DNA of 64,000 bases. Source: Octopus sinensis (taxonomy: Eukaryota). Location: the NCBI RefSeq assembly GCF_006345805.1, contig NC_043002.1, positions 99,324,001 to 99,388,000 on the forward strand, read 5' to 3'. Positions 40,500 to 52,815 of this stretch are shown piece after piece. The position numbers and the translations under genes are program-made. Each line of letters starts with the position of its first letter. Positions within the stretch are counted from its first letter, which is position 1. The notes under the pieces were generated by a model. That model made no database searches. It was not told the DNA's origin and saw only the letters and a program-made list of their open reading frames with translations.

Positions 40500-40690
40500 A
40501 ATTCCCGTATATAAATGCTGTTACAAGCTGCCAACAACATTGTGAAAATGAAAGGTATGCAAGTACCGTCAGATTTCTGGGCAATTCGACAGGTGAAGTA
40601 ACGCTTGTTGAAGCAAGTGAGCTGTCATCAAATCGCAAGGACTGTCAAACAGTAAGACATACATAACTGACAGTGAACAAAGATAAAAAT
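40500..40690 (+). pseudogene. Possible Tc1-like transposase N-terminal remnant
   Basis: tataaat upstream of MKGMQVPSDFWAIRQVK*RLLKQVSCHQIARTVKQ*, which weakly resembles an HTH; no TIRs found. Confidence 0.2.
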
Positions 40691-42317
40691 AGTGAATAAG
40701 GATTTGAAACGTGCAATATTGTAAAGCACAGGAATTGGACAATTGAAACTGATTGATGCTTTACTAGAATGATGATGGGAAAAGAAGATGGTTCCAAGCA
40801 GAGCATTGAATGCTAAAACTTCAAAATTTAATAGAGCTTTGGAAGAAATTCTGTTAAAGTAAATGTTTGGGGAATTGGTGTAAAGTGGGAATATAATTAG
40901 GTTGTTACGAGCAAAAGCATAATTACAAAAGACACGTGAGCGTTAGGTCAACGTTACTAAAGTGCTAATACGTACTATTACGAGTACTTGTTTATATATT
41001 CTTGGTTTCCCCCAAGTGAAGAAAATTGGAAATTTCGAAAGTCTATTTCACTTGGATTAGTCATATGTTAGTGTTAATATGTTCATAGATAATAACTAAT
41101 TTAGATACAATAGTCAGCTGTTTTGAAAGGGGAGATTTAGGTAACACAAGTACTAGACCGGTGCTTTATTTTATCGATTCTAGAGGGAGGAAAGTTAACT
41201 TTGGTGAGTTTGTTGCTAAATTATTAAAAGCATTGTTTACATTTAATCAGTGGTAGAAGTAACTATTTTCTGACGACACCTAAGCTCCCAGGGAAAGACC
41301 ATATTTACTTTCGATCATGATAACTCATTAAAATGTAAAACGCAAATGGCATCATAAATCTGAAAATGTAAGCTATAAGATATGGAGATGAACAACATAT
41401 AATAATGCCAGGATTATTGCCTCGTTTAACAACATTTTAAAATGTTTAATACATAGAATTACTTGGCACTTAGAAGCTTATTATCACAAATCTAATTAGA
41501 AACACCTTTCCATTCCAAGATGGAACTGCCACTCTCTTCTTAATGTGGATAAATATTGCAGTTGAAATCATTTTGTCAGATTTTTCAAATGACATGATCA
41601 GAAAATCTCTGCTCCACCGACGTCAGCATAATTCATAGTAGGGTCGAAGTGTCTTGATAGCAAGATGGTCAGTCAAGTAGATGAGATTAAAAATCGCAAG
41701 GATGCAATCAACGTCGTCAGCATGATCTGTCAGACCTCACACTTAATTAAGAAGATTATTTGGCTCTATTCTAAGAAGAATTTCACCAGATTATTAACCA
41801 GGATTTGTGTCATTACAAACTACTGTAGAATCGTTGCTGGTAATTAATGTTTTTCATGAAAACCGTTCACTTCTGCAGCTTAAGAAATCATGACATCAGT
41901 CATGCCTGTCATATTTGCCTTCCTGTCTTTGACATGTCATGTTAGTGGTGGAATATTTATTTTTCATACTTAAAACTTAATGCTCAACTACTCTAATACG
42001 ACAAATGCTGGCCTAGATAATTTTTTTCAGCAGTCAACTATTTGAATTTTGCAACCAGGTTTTAGAGACTAGTCATGAATATGAAGATTCTGAGGAAAAA
42101 GCGATGTTGGGCATCGGTAAAGCGTGGAAATAAAAGGAATAACATTTATGACGTAAGAAATGAATATCGAAGAAATGAATATGAGCAATAAGAAGTTTGT
42201 TCCCCAACCACATGGTTTCGGGTTCAGTGCTGTTGCATGGCAACTTCGGTGTGTGTGCCTCGGGCCGACTAAAGGCTTGTGTGTGGATTTGGTCAATGGA
42301 AATTGAAAGAACCCCGT

Positions 42318-42408
<91 letters not shown>

Positions 42409-42595
42409 AAGTATATGTGTGTGTTTTGGTGTGTTTATATCCATGTTGCTTAGAGGTTGGGAAAAAAGAAATTGATAGAGTAAGTACCAGGTTTTAAAAA
42501 AGTACTGGGACCGATTTATTCGACTAAAATTCTTTAAGGCAGCTGTCTAGCATGGCCAAAGTCTAATGACTGAAACAAGTAAAAGATATATGTAG

Positions 42596-42631
<36 letters not shown>

Positions 42632-42710
42632 TCTTTTATATGTTTCAGCCTTGAAGCTGCGGCCATACTGGGTTAACGCCATTGTAACCATCTTTTTTAA
42701 TTGCCCAATT

Positions 42711-42923
42711 CTATAGGCTTGGCTTTTGGAGAAGGAGGCAGTTCGATATTGCTGTCCTCTTTTTAGTTTCCTGCCTTGGTATTGGTACATCTAAGATCTT
42801 GGGTAGTAAGAGATCAAATTGTTTCTTGAAAACATATACTCGCACTCTATGGAGATCTCTCAGATGTTTTCGCAAGGAGTTAAATAGCTGTGGACCCTTG
42901 AATGCCAAGCTATTGCAGTACAT
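42711..42923 (-). pseudogene. LINE (CR1/L2-type) ORF2 C-terminal fragment
   Basis: NSLAFKGPQLFNSLRKHLRDL...FKKQFDLLLPKILDVP fits the conserved G..LFN.LP..LR...FK..LD..L..IPD.P C-terminus. Confidence 0.75.
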
Positions 42924-43046
42924 GATCCTCGCCCTAGATGAGACAGCTGGGACTTTTGGAAGAGTGTAGCGAAATCCGTTTCGAGGTCTGGTATAACTTT
43001 CAATTCCAATGTTTGGTCCCAGCTCCTCCAGTATCTTCCATATATA

Positions 43047-43100
<54 letters not shown>

Positions 43101-44546
43101 ATATGTATATGTTGCTAATTATAAAGTATGTATTGCAAGGTATAAAAATGTTTTACGCACAGTAAAACTTATCTGAAGCACAACTCTGAGTGATATAAAA
43201 ATATGATAGCTCCACCCCCTCTCAGTTTCTCCTTGAGGTCTATATATGTTGAGGTCAAAAGAACGATAGAGTACACCCTGTCATCACTCGCAACTGTCTA
43301 TGACTTTGTTACATAACCAGACTTTCGCTAAATGTCTAAAATGTTTGTTGTTTTGCGAGCTGATATAAAAATCTTAAGGGCACCCTCACTCTTATCAACC
43401 AAGTAAAACATCTTAGATGCAACAGCTAGAAAAGGGAAAGAGAGAGAGAGAGAGAGAGAGCGAAAGAGAGAGAAGGTGTATGTGAAAGACCTGGGACTGC
43501 ACCCAGCTTGTATTTGTTGCATCTCAATAGACTGGTGCACTGGAAAAGGGTCAAAACGAACACAATGGGTTTCACGATCCAGATAATGGAACTATGAGCT
43601 GAGGATGATGATGATGATAAATTTTTTATCGTTTATACCATGTGCCTTCACACGAAAAAAATAAAACTATTTTAATTAATAGACATGGTTTAAAATCTCA
43701 TCATCTTGATTTGCATTGGAACTGATTAATTCCGTTCGTTAATGAATGTACTTAATCTCAAAAGTGTTCTTGTAATTATACTAATTTAGCAACTCATTAG
43801 TAGTTAAATTAGATGCTCTTTAGGACAATATATTATCTGATAGAAAGCAAATAGGTTTTTCTGCTTAAGAAACCATATTTGAAATGGTTTTGCACTTGAT
43901 ATGTTTTGCCCGTCAAAGCGTTTAACGCAGTGTAAATAGAATATTCTGTTATTCTGATATTGTGTTACATGATTCAATCATTTGACTGTGGCCATGCTGT
44001 AGCACCGTCTTAAACGGCTTACTCTTTGTAAACGTAGTAATTATTTTATCGATTAGCTTTGCCGAACCACTAGGTCACGGGGACGTAAGCACACCAACAT
44101 CAGTTGTCAAGCGCGCTGGTTGGAGGGAAAACACAACGCAAGATACATATTCATGAATATATATATATATATTTCGGAAATGTACTTGCATAGCAAGTGA
44201 CCTGAACTGATATCGTGTGCTGGAACGAAAACAATTGCAGCATGGAAAGTGCTTATAGGCCATTCAAGAAACACACAAAAACCGTTAGATTCACTTAAAA
44301 ATTTTAATTTAATTCGCGAAAACATTTTCGTCGCTTTGAGATCGCGACCTGTTCCCTGACAAAATTCCGTGCTGCGACGAAAATATTTTGGCAAGCTAAA
44401 TTTAAATAAATCTGATGGTTTTTTGTGCTTGGAACCACTCGAATATTCCAGAAGGTGCTCGAAAAATAAGGTGGGTTGCCTTAGTTCACTGGTAGTGAAC
44501 AGCTGACACACTAATACATTTCCAGCGTTAGAAGCTGTGCAAAGGC

Positions 44547-44614
44547 AATAATAATAATAATAATAATAATATATAATAATAATAATAATGATAATAATAA
44601 TAATAATGGTAATG

Positions 44615-44646
<32 letters not shown>

Positions 44647-44965
44647 GATGATAATAATAATAATGATGATAATGATAATAATAATATAATAATAATAATT
44701 AATAATAATAATAATGATAATGATGATGATAATAATAATAATAATATAATAATAATAATAAATAATAATAATAATAATAATATAATGATGATGATGATGA
44801 TGATGATGATGATAATAATAATATGATGATGATGATGATATAATAATAATAATAATAATGATAATGATGATGATAATAATAATAATGATGATAATGATAA
44901 TAATAATAATAATAATAATAATGATAATAATAATAATAATATAATAATAATATATAATAATAATA

Positions 44966-45005
<40 letters not shown>

Positions 45006-45149
45006 TGATGATGATGATGATGATGATGATGATAATAATAATATGATGATGATGATGATAATAATAATAATAATAAATAATAATAATAATAATAATATAA
45101 TAATAATAATAATAATATAATAATAATATAATAATAATAATAATAATAA

Positions 45150-45180
<31 letters not shown>

Positions 45181-45182
45181 AA
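44547..45182. repeat. Compound (AAT)n/(GAT)n/(AAG)n trinucleotide array
   Basis: About 635 bp; it produces the low-complexity ORFs 44107-45312, 44511-45200 and 44699-45187. Confidence 0.95.
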
Positions 45183-46807
45183 TACATGAATATATAACAT
45201 GAAGATATTTCGCTACTGCTCCCCGCAAGCTTTCAGTCATTCTATAACATCTCTTACCCTTCACTTGCCTTAGTGCGCTGAGTGTGTCTCGGTAAGCGAT
45301 TGTAACAAACATGCAGACTAAAAGTAAATAACAACATCAATAACATTAATAATTATAATGAATACACTGTTAATATCCTAGCTTATGCACCGTCATCCAG
45401 CCAGAATGCGAATGGTGTCGATTGTGAAATAAATTTAACCATTTGTCGAAACATATTAACAAATGAAAAAAAAATGTTTTATTAATGTATATAGCAACCC
45501 TGTAAACATTAATAATGCATTGGATCTACCACTTGTTCAATGATTATATATATATATTTCCATAACAATAACCTCTGTATCTATATCACTTTATCACATT
45601 AAAGGAAATATCGTAAGCAAGTACGATACAACGAAGAGCTTCTGTTTCTGTCTGTCTCTCTCTTTTTCTCTCATTCTCTCTCTCTCTCTCTCTCTCCTCT
45701 CTCTTTCTCTCACACACATACACACATGTTTCCACATACATCTCAATAGTAAACAGACCATCCTCATTATATTGTTTTATCTGTGCGGACTGAACTTGTG
45801 CACCAAATTTGTTAACGTATTATTTTTCAATGTGTGCTGGGAGATAAGTTAGCACAATGCTTAGCGGCATTTCATCTGTCCTTACGTTCTGAGTTCAAAT
45901 TCCGCCGAGGTCGATTTTGCCTTTCGTCTTTTCGGGGTCAATAAATTAAGTACCAGTTGCGTACTGAGGTTGATCTAATCGACTGACCGTTGTACCTAGA
46001 GTAGAAAAGATTATTTTTCACTGCACATTACACTGTACTTAATTGTTTGTAGGAAACAATCATGTCACGAATACCAGACACAAAACGTTGTCTGATTTTC
46101 AAGAAGGGCATATTTAGGGTGAGCCTCATTGTAGACTTAGCCAATAAAAGTTCGTACAAAAACTTGGGAATCCTTTCTTCCGCTATGTTTTTGGGACGTA
46201 AACACACCAACACAGGCTGTCAAGCGGTGGTTGAAGACAAACATATGTACACTCACGCACGCACGCACGCACGCACACACATATAAATACACTCGCAACA
46301 TACACACACACACACACACACAAACATATATATAATATACGTTGCATATGTGTGTGTGTTTGTGTGACAGGCTTCTTTCAGTTTCCGTCTACCAAATGAA
46401 ATCACAAGGCTTTGGTCAGCCCGAAGCTTTATTAGAAGACATTTTCCCACAGTGTCACACAGTGGGACTGAATCGGAAGGCACGTGCTTCGGAAGTTAAC
46501 TTCTTACCACACTACCATGCCTGTGTTTATATATAGTTTATTTTCGTGACGTCACACTCTTGCTACTCTACATCAGGTGCACAGAATCATCAGAAACGTT
46601 ATGACGGATAATTTATAGGCTTTGCCCCTCTTTATGTATAGAATTTTTGTCATGGAATATGGTGGTGGAGAGGAAATCTGATAAAGTAGCGATGGGGATA
46701 GGTGGAGAAGACATAAAAGAAAGAGGAACATGAAAAAAGAATACGGAAAACGAAAAAGAGGGAACAGAAGAGAAAAATACAATTCTATATTTAAGAGATG
46801 AGGAATT

Positions 46808-46980
46808 ATATACATTATTTACATTTGTCGGATATTTGTCCTCATCTTGTTTGTTGTTAACACAACGTTTCAGCTGATATACCCTCCAGCCTTCATCAAG
46901 TGTCTTTGGGAAATTTCGAACCTGGGTTCTCATTCCTAAGATACTTTTCGATGTTATTATTATTATTATTATTATTATTA

Positions 46981-47079
<99 letters not shown>

Positions 47080-47135
47080 TAGTATTCAGGTCACTGCTTG
47101 GTATCGGACTCGGAATCTTGGGGTTATTAGTCCGC
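46808..47135 (-). mobile_element. tRNA-headed SINE-like element with hammerhead-bearing tail, copy 1
   Basis: Minus strand reads gcggactaataaccccaagattccgagtccgatacc (tRNA 3' half, degenerate B box), then (CTA)n(AAT)n, aacatcgaaaagtatcttaggaatgagaaccc, the HHR, and aaatgtaaataatgta. Confidence 0.75.
46859..46904 (-). ncRNA. Hammerhead motif with C3U core change
   Basis: GACAC-UUGAUGA-AGGCUG-GAGGGUAUAU-CAGCU-GAAA-C-G-UU/GUGUU. Confidence 0.6.
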
Positions 47136-47136
47136 A

Positions 47137-47378
47137 ATTCCGAGTTCGATTCCAAACAGTGAGCTAAATAATAATAATAATAGTAATAATAATAATAGAA
47201 GTAATAATAATGATAATAATAATAATAATTACATCGAAAAATACCTTAGCAATGAGAACCCATGTTAGAAATTTCCCCATGACACCTGATGAACGCTGGA
47301 GTGTATAACAGCCGAAACGTTGTGTTAGCAACAAACAAGATGAGGACAAATATTCGTGAAATGTAAATAATGTAAATA
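47137..47378 (+). mobile_element. tRNA-headed SINE-like element with hammerhead-bearing tail, copy 2
   Basis: attccGAGTTCGATTCCaaacagtgagctaaa (B box at 47142-47153), then (AAT)n and the same body as copy 1, ending aaatgtaaataatgtaaataatgta. Confidence 0.78.
47281..47326 (+). ncRNA. Minimal type-I hammerhead ribozyme motif, intact core, mismatched stem II base
   Basis: GACAC-CUGAUGA-AC-GCUG-GAGUGUAUAA-CAGC-C-GAAA-C-G-UU/GUGUU. Stem III has no loop (palindrome AACGUU), so it could only form as a dimer. Confidence 0.72.
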
Positions 47379-48073
47379 ATGTAGAAGAGAAAAAAGGGGA
47401 AAGGGAAGAAAGAAGGAGTAAGGAACAATTAAATAATAGAAGAAATGAAGTGTCTATTGATATAGAAGAAGGAAGCGAGGTGGGCAGATTTTAGAATGGT
47501 TAAAAAATGCAATGAAATTTTTCAATAGAAAAAATAGCAAATCATGAACTTTACAACCAGTAGCAATTAATAGTAGAAATGGATGAGACAATAAGTGAAT
47601 AAATGAATATTTTCATGACAGGTATAATAAATAACAACAGTGTAACCAATTGAAAGGAACGTAGGAAAAAAATATCGCAACAAAATATAGAGTAATAAAG
47701 GCAAAGGTATTTAAGGGTTAAATTCAATGAAGGAAAATATATTCCAGATGAATGGGTTCAAACAATTGAAGTGCAGGTCATAAGTAACAATTGAAGTGAT
47801 AGCCATAAATAAAATAGATAATAATAAAAGAGAATAAGAATAATCACTCCTGCTCAGGTATCAGAAGATTAGATTTATCCACTATTCTCTCTGCGAAGAG
47901 TAGAAAGAAGGGAGAAAGGTGTCTTCAAAAGAGGAGGAGAAAGATATTTTCATTTGAGTGCCTGTATTTATATAAAATATTATATAAGTCGTCAGCTCTA
48001 CATTTTCTACGACTGAAATACATCATACCACCGGCTAACCAAGTTTAACCAGTGGGAGCATAGCGCAATTTAC

Positions 48074-48139
48074 GAGCTTTTCCTCAGCTTCCAACGTGTA
48101 AATGAAGTGGAATATGGTTGAAATGTGAACGCTGCTAAT
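48074..48139 (-). CDS. Candidate 66-nt internal exon of an unidentified gene
   Basis: Acceptor atttcttgtattgctttcAG and donor ctc|GTAAAT; open in two frames (ISSVHISTIFHFIYTLEAEEKL or LAAFTFQPYSTSFTRWKLRKS). Confidence 0.3.
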
Positions 48140-48253
48140 CTGAAAGCAATACAAGAAATTACATACATTAGTACCACGCCTATGACAATATGTATACTAG
48201 GGTATCTACAACAGCAGTACCAGCAGCAGTAGTAGCAGCAGTAGCATTAGTGA

Positions 48254-48317
<64 letters not shown>

Positions 48318-48855
48318 TCAATAATTGAAGATACTTTGCCTTAGACTATTACTTTCTATAAAAAATTATATTTTGTTTCATTCTGATAATGCCTACCTAC
48401 CTCCATGCATACATACGTACATACATCCATACCCACATACACACACACACACACATATATAAATGAGGTATGTATGTATATAAACAGCTGTCTGTCACTT
48501 AGTAGTTGGAATTTGTTGTCGGTAGACCAATTCTTATGCCGTATACCAGACGTTGCATGCAATGCGGCTCCAATGCTTCCAGGAATAGGCAAACGTCCTA
48601 AAATATTTCCTGATAATTAAAATGTTCACACAATCTTTTATTAATGCTGGTAATAAGAAAACTTCGTATTGTAATTGCATGTATCACAAATTGGTTTTTA
48701 TATGTTATTTTGTCTTAATCAAAACTGCATTAGAGAAACATGTTGCAAAATTAAGCAAATGGATTTTAAATATTTCAAAACATTAATTTCTCTACTGCTC
48801 ATAAGTTCTCTTTGATAATACATGCTTTCGTGATAATATCAGCTTTTGTTTTCAG

Positions 48856-48974
48856 GCATAATTAATCTACAGCTGCATTGGTCAATGTTACCTTCATTTC
48901 TTAAAATGGCAGAACGTATTTTGGCTGTTAAATTTAGCAAGGAAATCTACTGGGTAGTTCTTTCGTCTTTAACC
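48856..48974 (+). CDS. Candidate internal exon of an unidentified gene
   Basis: Acceptor cttttgttttcAG and donor acc|GTATGT bound 2 nt plus IINLQLHWSMLPSFLKMAERILAVKFSKEIYWVVLSSLT. Confidence 0.28.
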
Positions 48975-50041
48975 GTATGTTTGACACGAAATGATTTACT
49001 GATCAGAGGTACGGATCACATATTTATCCGTTTTATTGAGCATTGGTGCCCATACCCAATATGATACTGTTATGGTATAAGGACATTAATTTTACTATCA
49101 ACGAAGATCAAACTAACAGAAAGACCTCTACGCGGCTGCTTGACTTGCTAGATAATACTTACATATTTCGACTTAAACATCTCTTATCTTAATAAAAACA
49201 AAACATGCTTGGCAATGTAGTAGCTGCACTGTACCTGTGATCGTTCTGCTTTGGACACCTTTAATGATATGTTTGCTTCATTAAAGATGAGTCGTGTAAA
49301 CAGCAAGAACTGACTCGAATTTACTGCACATTGTTAGCTCACATCCAGCACACGTATATTTGCTATATATATTAACACTTATATTAACCTAATGAGCATT
49401 TTATTTTTTCTCTTTCAATTTATAGATTTAACCAGTACAAATATCAAGGAACCCAAAAAGGCTATATACTGCCACAAGGAAATATATTCATAGAATAAAC
49501 TATATTCTTTGATTGGATACATCGCAAACAAAATTGACATTTTACATTCTCAACACTGTTACATATTGGAATTACAATCATAAATATTGGTATGTAGTTA
49601 AAAACTTTCTCTTATTATCACTGCTTACAGGCTTGGTTATTTTGTTTCAGCTCCTGATATACTTATGCTTTTGACTCTACGTAAATAAATTTTTATGGAG
49701 AAAAAATCATATAATTTACTTTAGTGAGGTTGTATGAGAATAAAAAAATGAAGCATTAGCTTTTCATTGTATGACGTATGCTAGTACAGTCTAAGATTTC
49801 GTTCATCTCGTTTCTATAAAATTTACCTTTAAGCTTAAGAATAATATATAAAAGATAATAAAAAAAAGGCACTCAATTTCATATATAGATGAATTATAGG
49901 TTTCACAATAGAACCAATCAAGAAAAATGTTTCGAAATATCACTATAATGTTAATGGTGGAATTCGTTCAACTGCATAATAGTTTCATGAAATAACGTGT
50001 AAGTGGTTGAGTATTCCACACACACAAGATCCCGTAAAGTA

Positions 50042-50865
50042 CAGGGTATTCCAGAAGTCTTGGGCACATTTTCTCATTGAATATCTCGAAAACTCTAAAG
50101 GACATAAAAATGCATCTGATATATTCTTAAAGCTTGCAACTTCAGTTTTTTGTTATGGAATGTTCAAAGATGTTCAATGTGAGCACCGTTGGTCACACGG
50201 CACACATCAAGCCGATAGTCCAATTCTTGCCAAACGCGTTCCAGCATTGCGTTGTCGATGGTTGCAACAGCTTTCATTATTCGAGCCTTCAGTTCATCCA
50301 CGTCTTTTGGAAGGGGAGGCACATCGACCAGTCCTTTAACAAACGCCCACAAAAAGAAATCGCTGGGTGTGAGCTCTGGAGACCGGGGAAGCCAGGGCAT
50401 GAGAACGTCATCATCTCGCCCACACTTTCCAATCCATCTGTCTGGCAGTGTTGTGTTCAGATACTGTCTAACCATGAGGCTCCAGTGCGGTGGTGCTCCA
50501 TCCTGTTGGAATATGAAGTACCTAATGGCGATTCTCCAATCGATTTACTCGCTCAAACATATCACCTGAATTTACCATGTCATCTCAGTATGGACTTCCT
50601 TTCTGGTGCCTCTTTTCGGAATTTTGTGCGAAATGTACGTTGAACAAGTATCTATGATTCAGTTTTTGCAAATTCAAGGACGCAAAATGCCTTTTCTGGT
50701 TGAGTGAATGCCAATAATGGATCTGAAAAAATATGAAAAAAGCATTAGCATTACAAAAAACGTAATGAATTTAGCTTTAAAATGGCACCAGTTTGATCTT
50801 ACAAACAATCATAGTCAAGCAGATATGAGGACTTGAAATGTGCCCAAGACTTCTGGAACACCCTG
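50042..50865 (-). mobile_element. Internally deleted Tc1/mariner-superfamily element (824 bp)
   Basis: TIRs cagggtattccagaagtcttgggcacattt / aaatgtgcccaagacttctggaacaccctg with TA duplication. Remnants include an N-terminal HTH and the C-terminal QQDGAPPHW...WLPRSPELTPSDFFLWAFVKG...NGAHIEHL. Confidence 0.93.
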
Positions 50866-51249
50866 TATCTGTCACGCTAAATCAACGTGAAAAGTTTGCA
50901 AGAACGATCCACCGAAAGGGTTTCTGTACAGTTTCAATTACCTCGATTTTTATTCATAAGGTACTGGTAGAGCCAGGTTATAGAAAATAATGTTCTCCCA
51001 AAATACCACAATTTGAATTAAAACCAACGTCATGGCTGAGAGGCTAACCTCTCAACCATTCGGCTGTGCTACCCCTGCTCTGTTATAATAAAGTAATTGC
51101 AAAATAATGAGAACAATTAAACTTTAAACACCCCCCACACACATATATATATATATATACTATTTATTTATTATTTTGTGCTTTACTTAATTATATGTAT
51201 ATGTTTTATCGTATATTTAATTTTTTTTCTATATACTAAGATTTATTTA

Positions 51250-51321
<72 letters not shown>

Positions 51322-51416
51322 TATATACAAGTGGCCGGACATAGTGCCGTTTGAAACTATTACTTCGTGAAATAACAGATATGTAACAATAATTTGCATA
51401 GAATTTAGTTAGTTAG

Positions 51417-51725
51417 TTAATTTGGCTCAAAAGCAAATAGCAAGGTCATGTAGGGGGACATGGTGTTAAGTACAGGGTGGTGTTCATGTAAAGAGTTCAG
51501 GCCCGTTGAGGTCAAGGGAGGCTTTGAACAAAGCGGTCGTCGGCATCTTCACCATCTCGTCTGGCAGCTTGTTCCACGGATCCGCAACCCGGACGGAGAA
51601 AGCTCCTCTCCTTCGATTGAGATGAAATCGTCGCAGGTAGAGCTTTTCGGAATGACCCCGCAGCCGACGCTCTGGAGCAGGAGTGAAGAACAGCTCTTTC
51701 GAGAGGTTACACTTTCCGCTTATGG
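51417..51725 (-). pseudogene. CR1/L2-type LINE 3' end
   Basis: Minus frame ISGKCNLSKELFFTPAPERRLRGHSEKLYLRRFHLNRRRGAFSVRVADPWNKLPDEMVKMPTTALFKASLD...*, then a short 3' UTR and a (TAAC)n tail. Confidence 0.88.
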
Positions 51726-52134
51726 TAAAAGCTTAATTTTGCAATGCTTATAAATCTGAAGTTATAAAATTTACTGGTTTTCAATAGAATATCAGAAAAA
51801 TGTAAAGAAATTGCTTTAACCGAGAATCAAACATACCAGTGACAAACCGACCTCTTCAGAATGATTCGAAGAGATTTATGCCTTCAGCTCCAGTGATTCT
51901 TACATACGAATGCATACAGAATGATATATTTGGGCTCGTTGTGCTTTGCACACAAAAAAACAGACATTCCCCATTGATTGACAAAGACACGCGCGAGCGT
52001 ACACACACACAGATACCAACCAACATAATGCATATTATGGCTGATAGTTGCACTTCTAGCAACACAGATGTGATTGTTATAAAACTGGTATCTAGCTGCA
52101 TAACGCACTAACTATGGTCCCCATAATATATGGA

Positions 52135-52455
52135 GCACTCCGTCGGTTGCGACGACGAGAGTCCCAGCTGATACGATCAATGTTACAGATTGCTCGTGAA
52201 ATTAACGTGTAAGTGGCTTAGCACTCCACAAACACATGTACCCTTAGCATTGTTCTCGAGGAGATTCAGCGTGACACTGTGTGACAAGGCTGGCTCTTTG
52301 AAATACAGGTACTACTCATTTTTGCCAACTGAGTGGACTGGAGCAGCGTGATATAAAGTGCCTTGCTCAATGATACGATGCGCCGCCGGGAATTGAACTA
52401 CCGGCCTTACGATCATGAGCCGAATACCCTTAACCTCTAAGCCACGCGCCTTCAC
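52135..52455 (-). mobile_element. tRNA-derived SINE (head B, tail Y)
   Basis: Minus strand gtgaaggcgcgtggcttagaggttaagggtattcggctc...; tail ends cgacggagtgc as in 734-1119. Confidence 0.88.
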
Positions 52456-52553
52456 ACATGAGATATACGCTCTTCGCATCTCTATACTTTAATCAAACAA
52501 TAAATTCTTGTAAACCTGTCTTCGTCTTTTATTTTTCTGTAAATTTCAATATA

Positions 52554-52620
<67 letters not shown>

Positions 52621-52780
52621 TTGAAAATACATGCGAAAATTATATAATAAAATATTTAAGTATAAAGAAGATATTTTAAGAAAATATTTTTAAAAACATT
52701 TTATAAAATGTTCTATCAAAAAGGTTAGTAACATCCTAATCTTGTCAATTAAACATTTTAAACAGACGTGCTCTTTGTTT

Positions 52781-52809
<29 letters not shown>

Positions 52810-52815
<6 letters not shown>

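Noticed and set aside
41560-41800. HADDVDCI on the minus strand resembling an RT YADD motif
   Set aside because: No other RT motifs were recoverable in adjacent frames.
42930-43030. Possible hammerhead on the minus strand (ctggaggagctgg...ccagacctcGAAAC)
   Set aside because: The core needs an indel and no stem I or cleavage triplet fits; only a small inverted repeat is supported.
44107-45312. 401-aa ORF and overlapping 229-aa and 162-aa ORFs
   Set aside because: Translations of the AAT/GAT array (poly-I/L/Y/H/S); no coding signal.
49428-49590. Plus-strand segment with strong acceptor and donor
   Set aside because: Stops in all frames; at most a terminal or non-coding exon.
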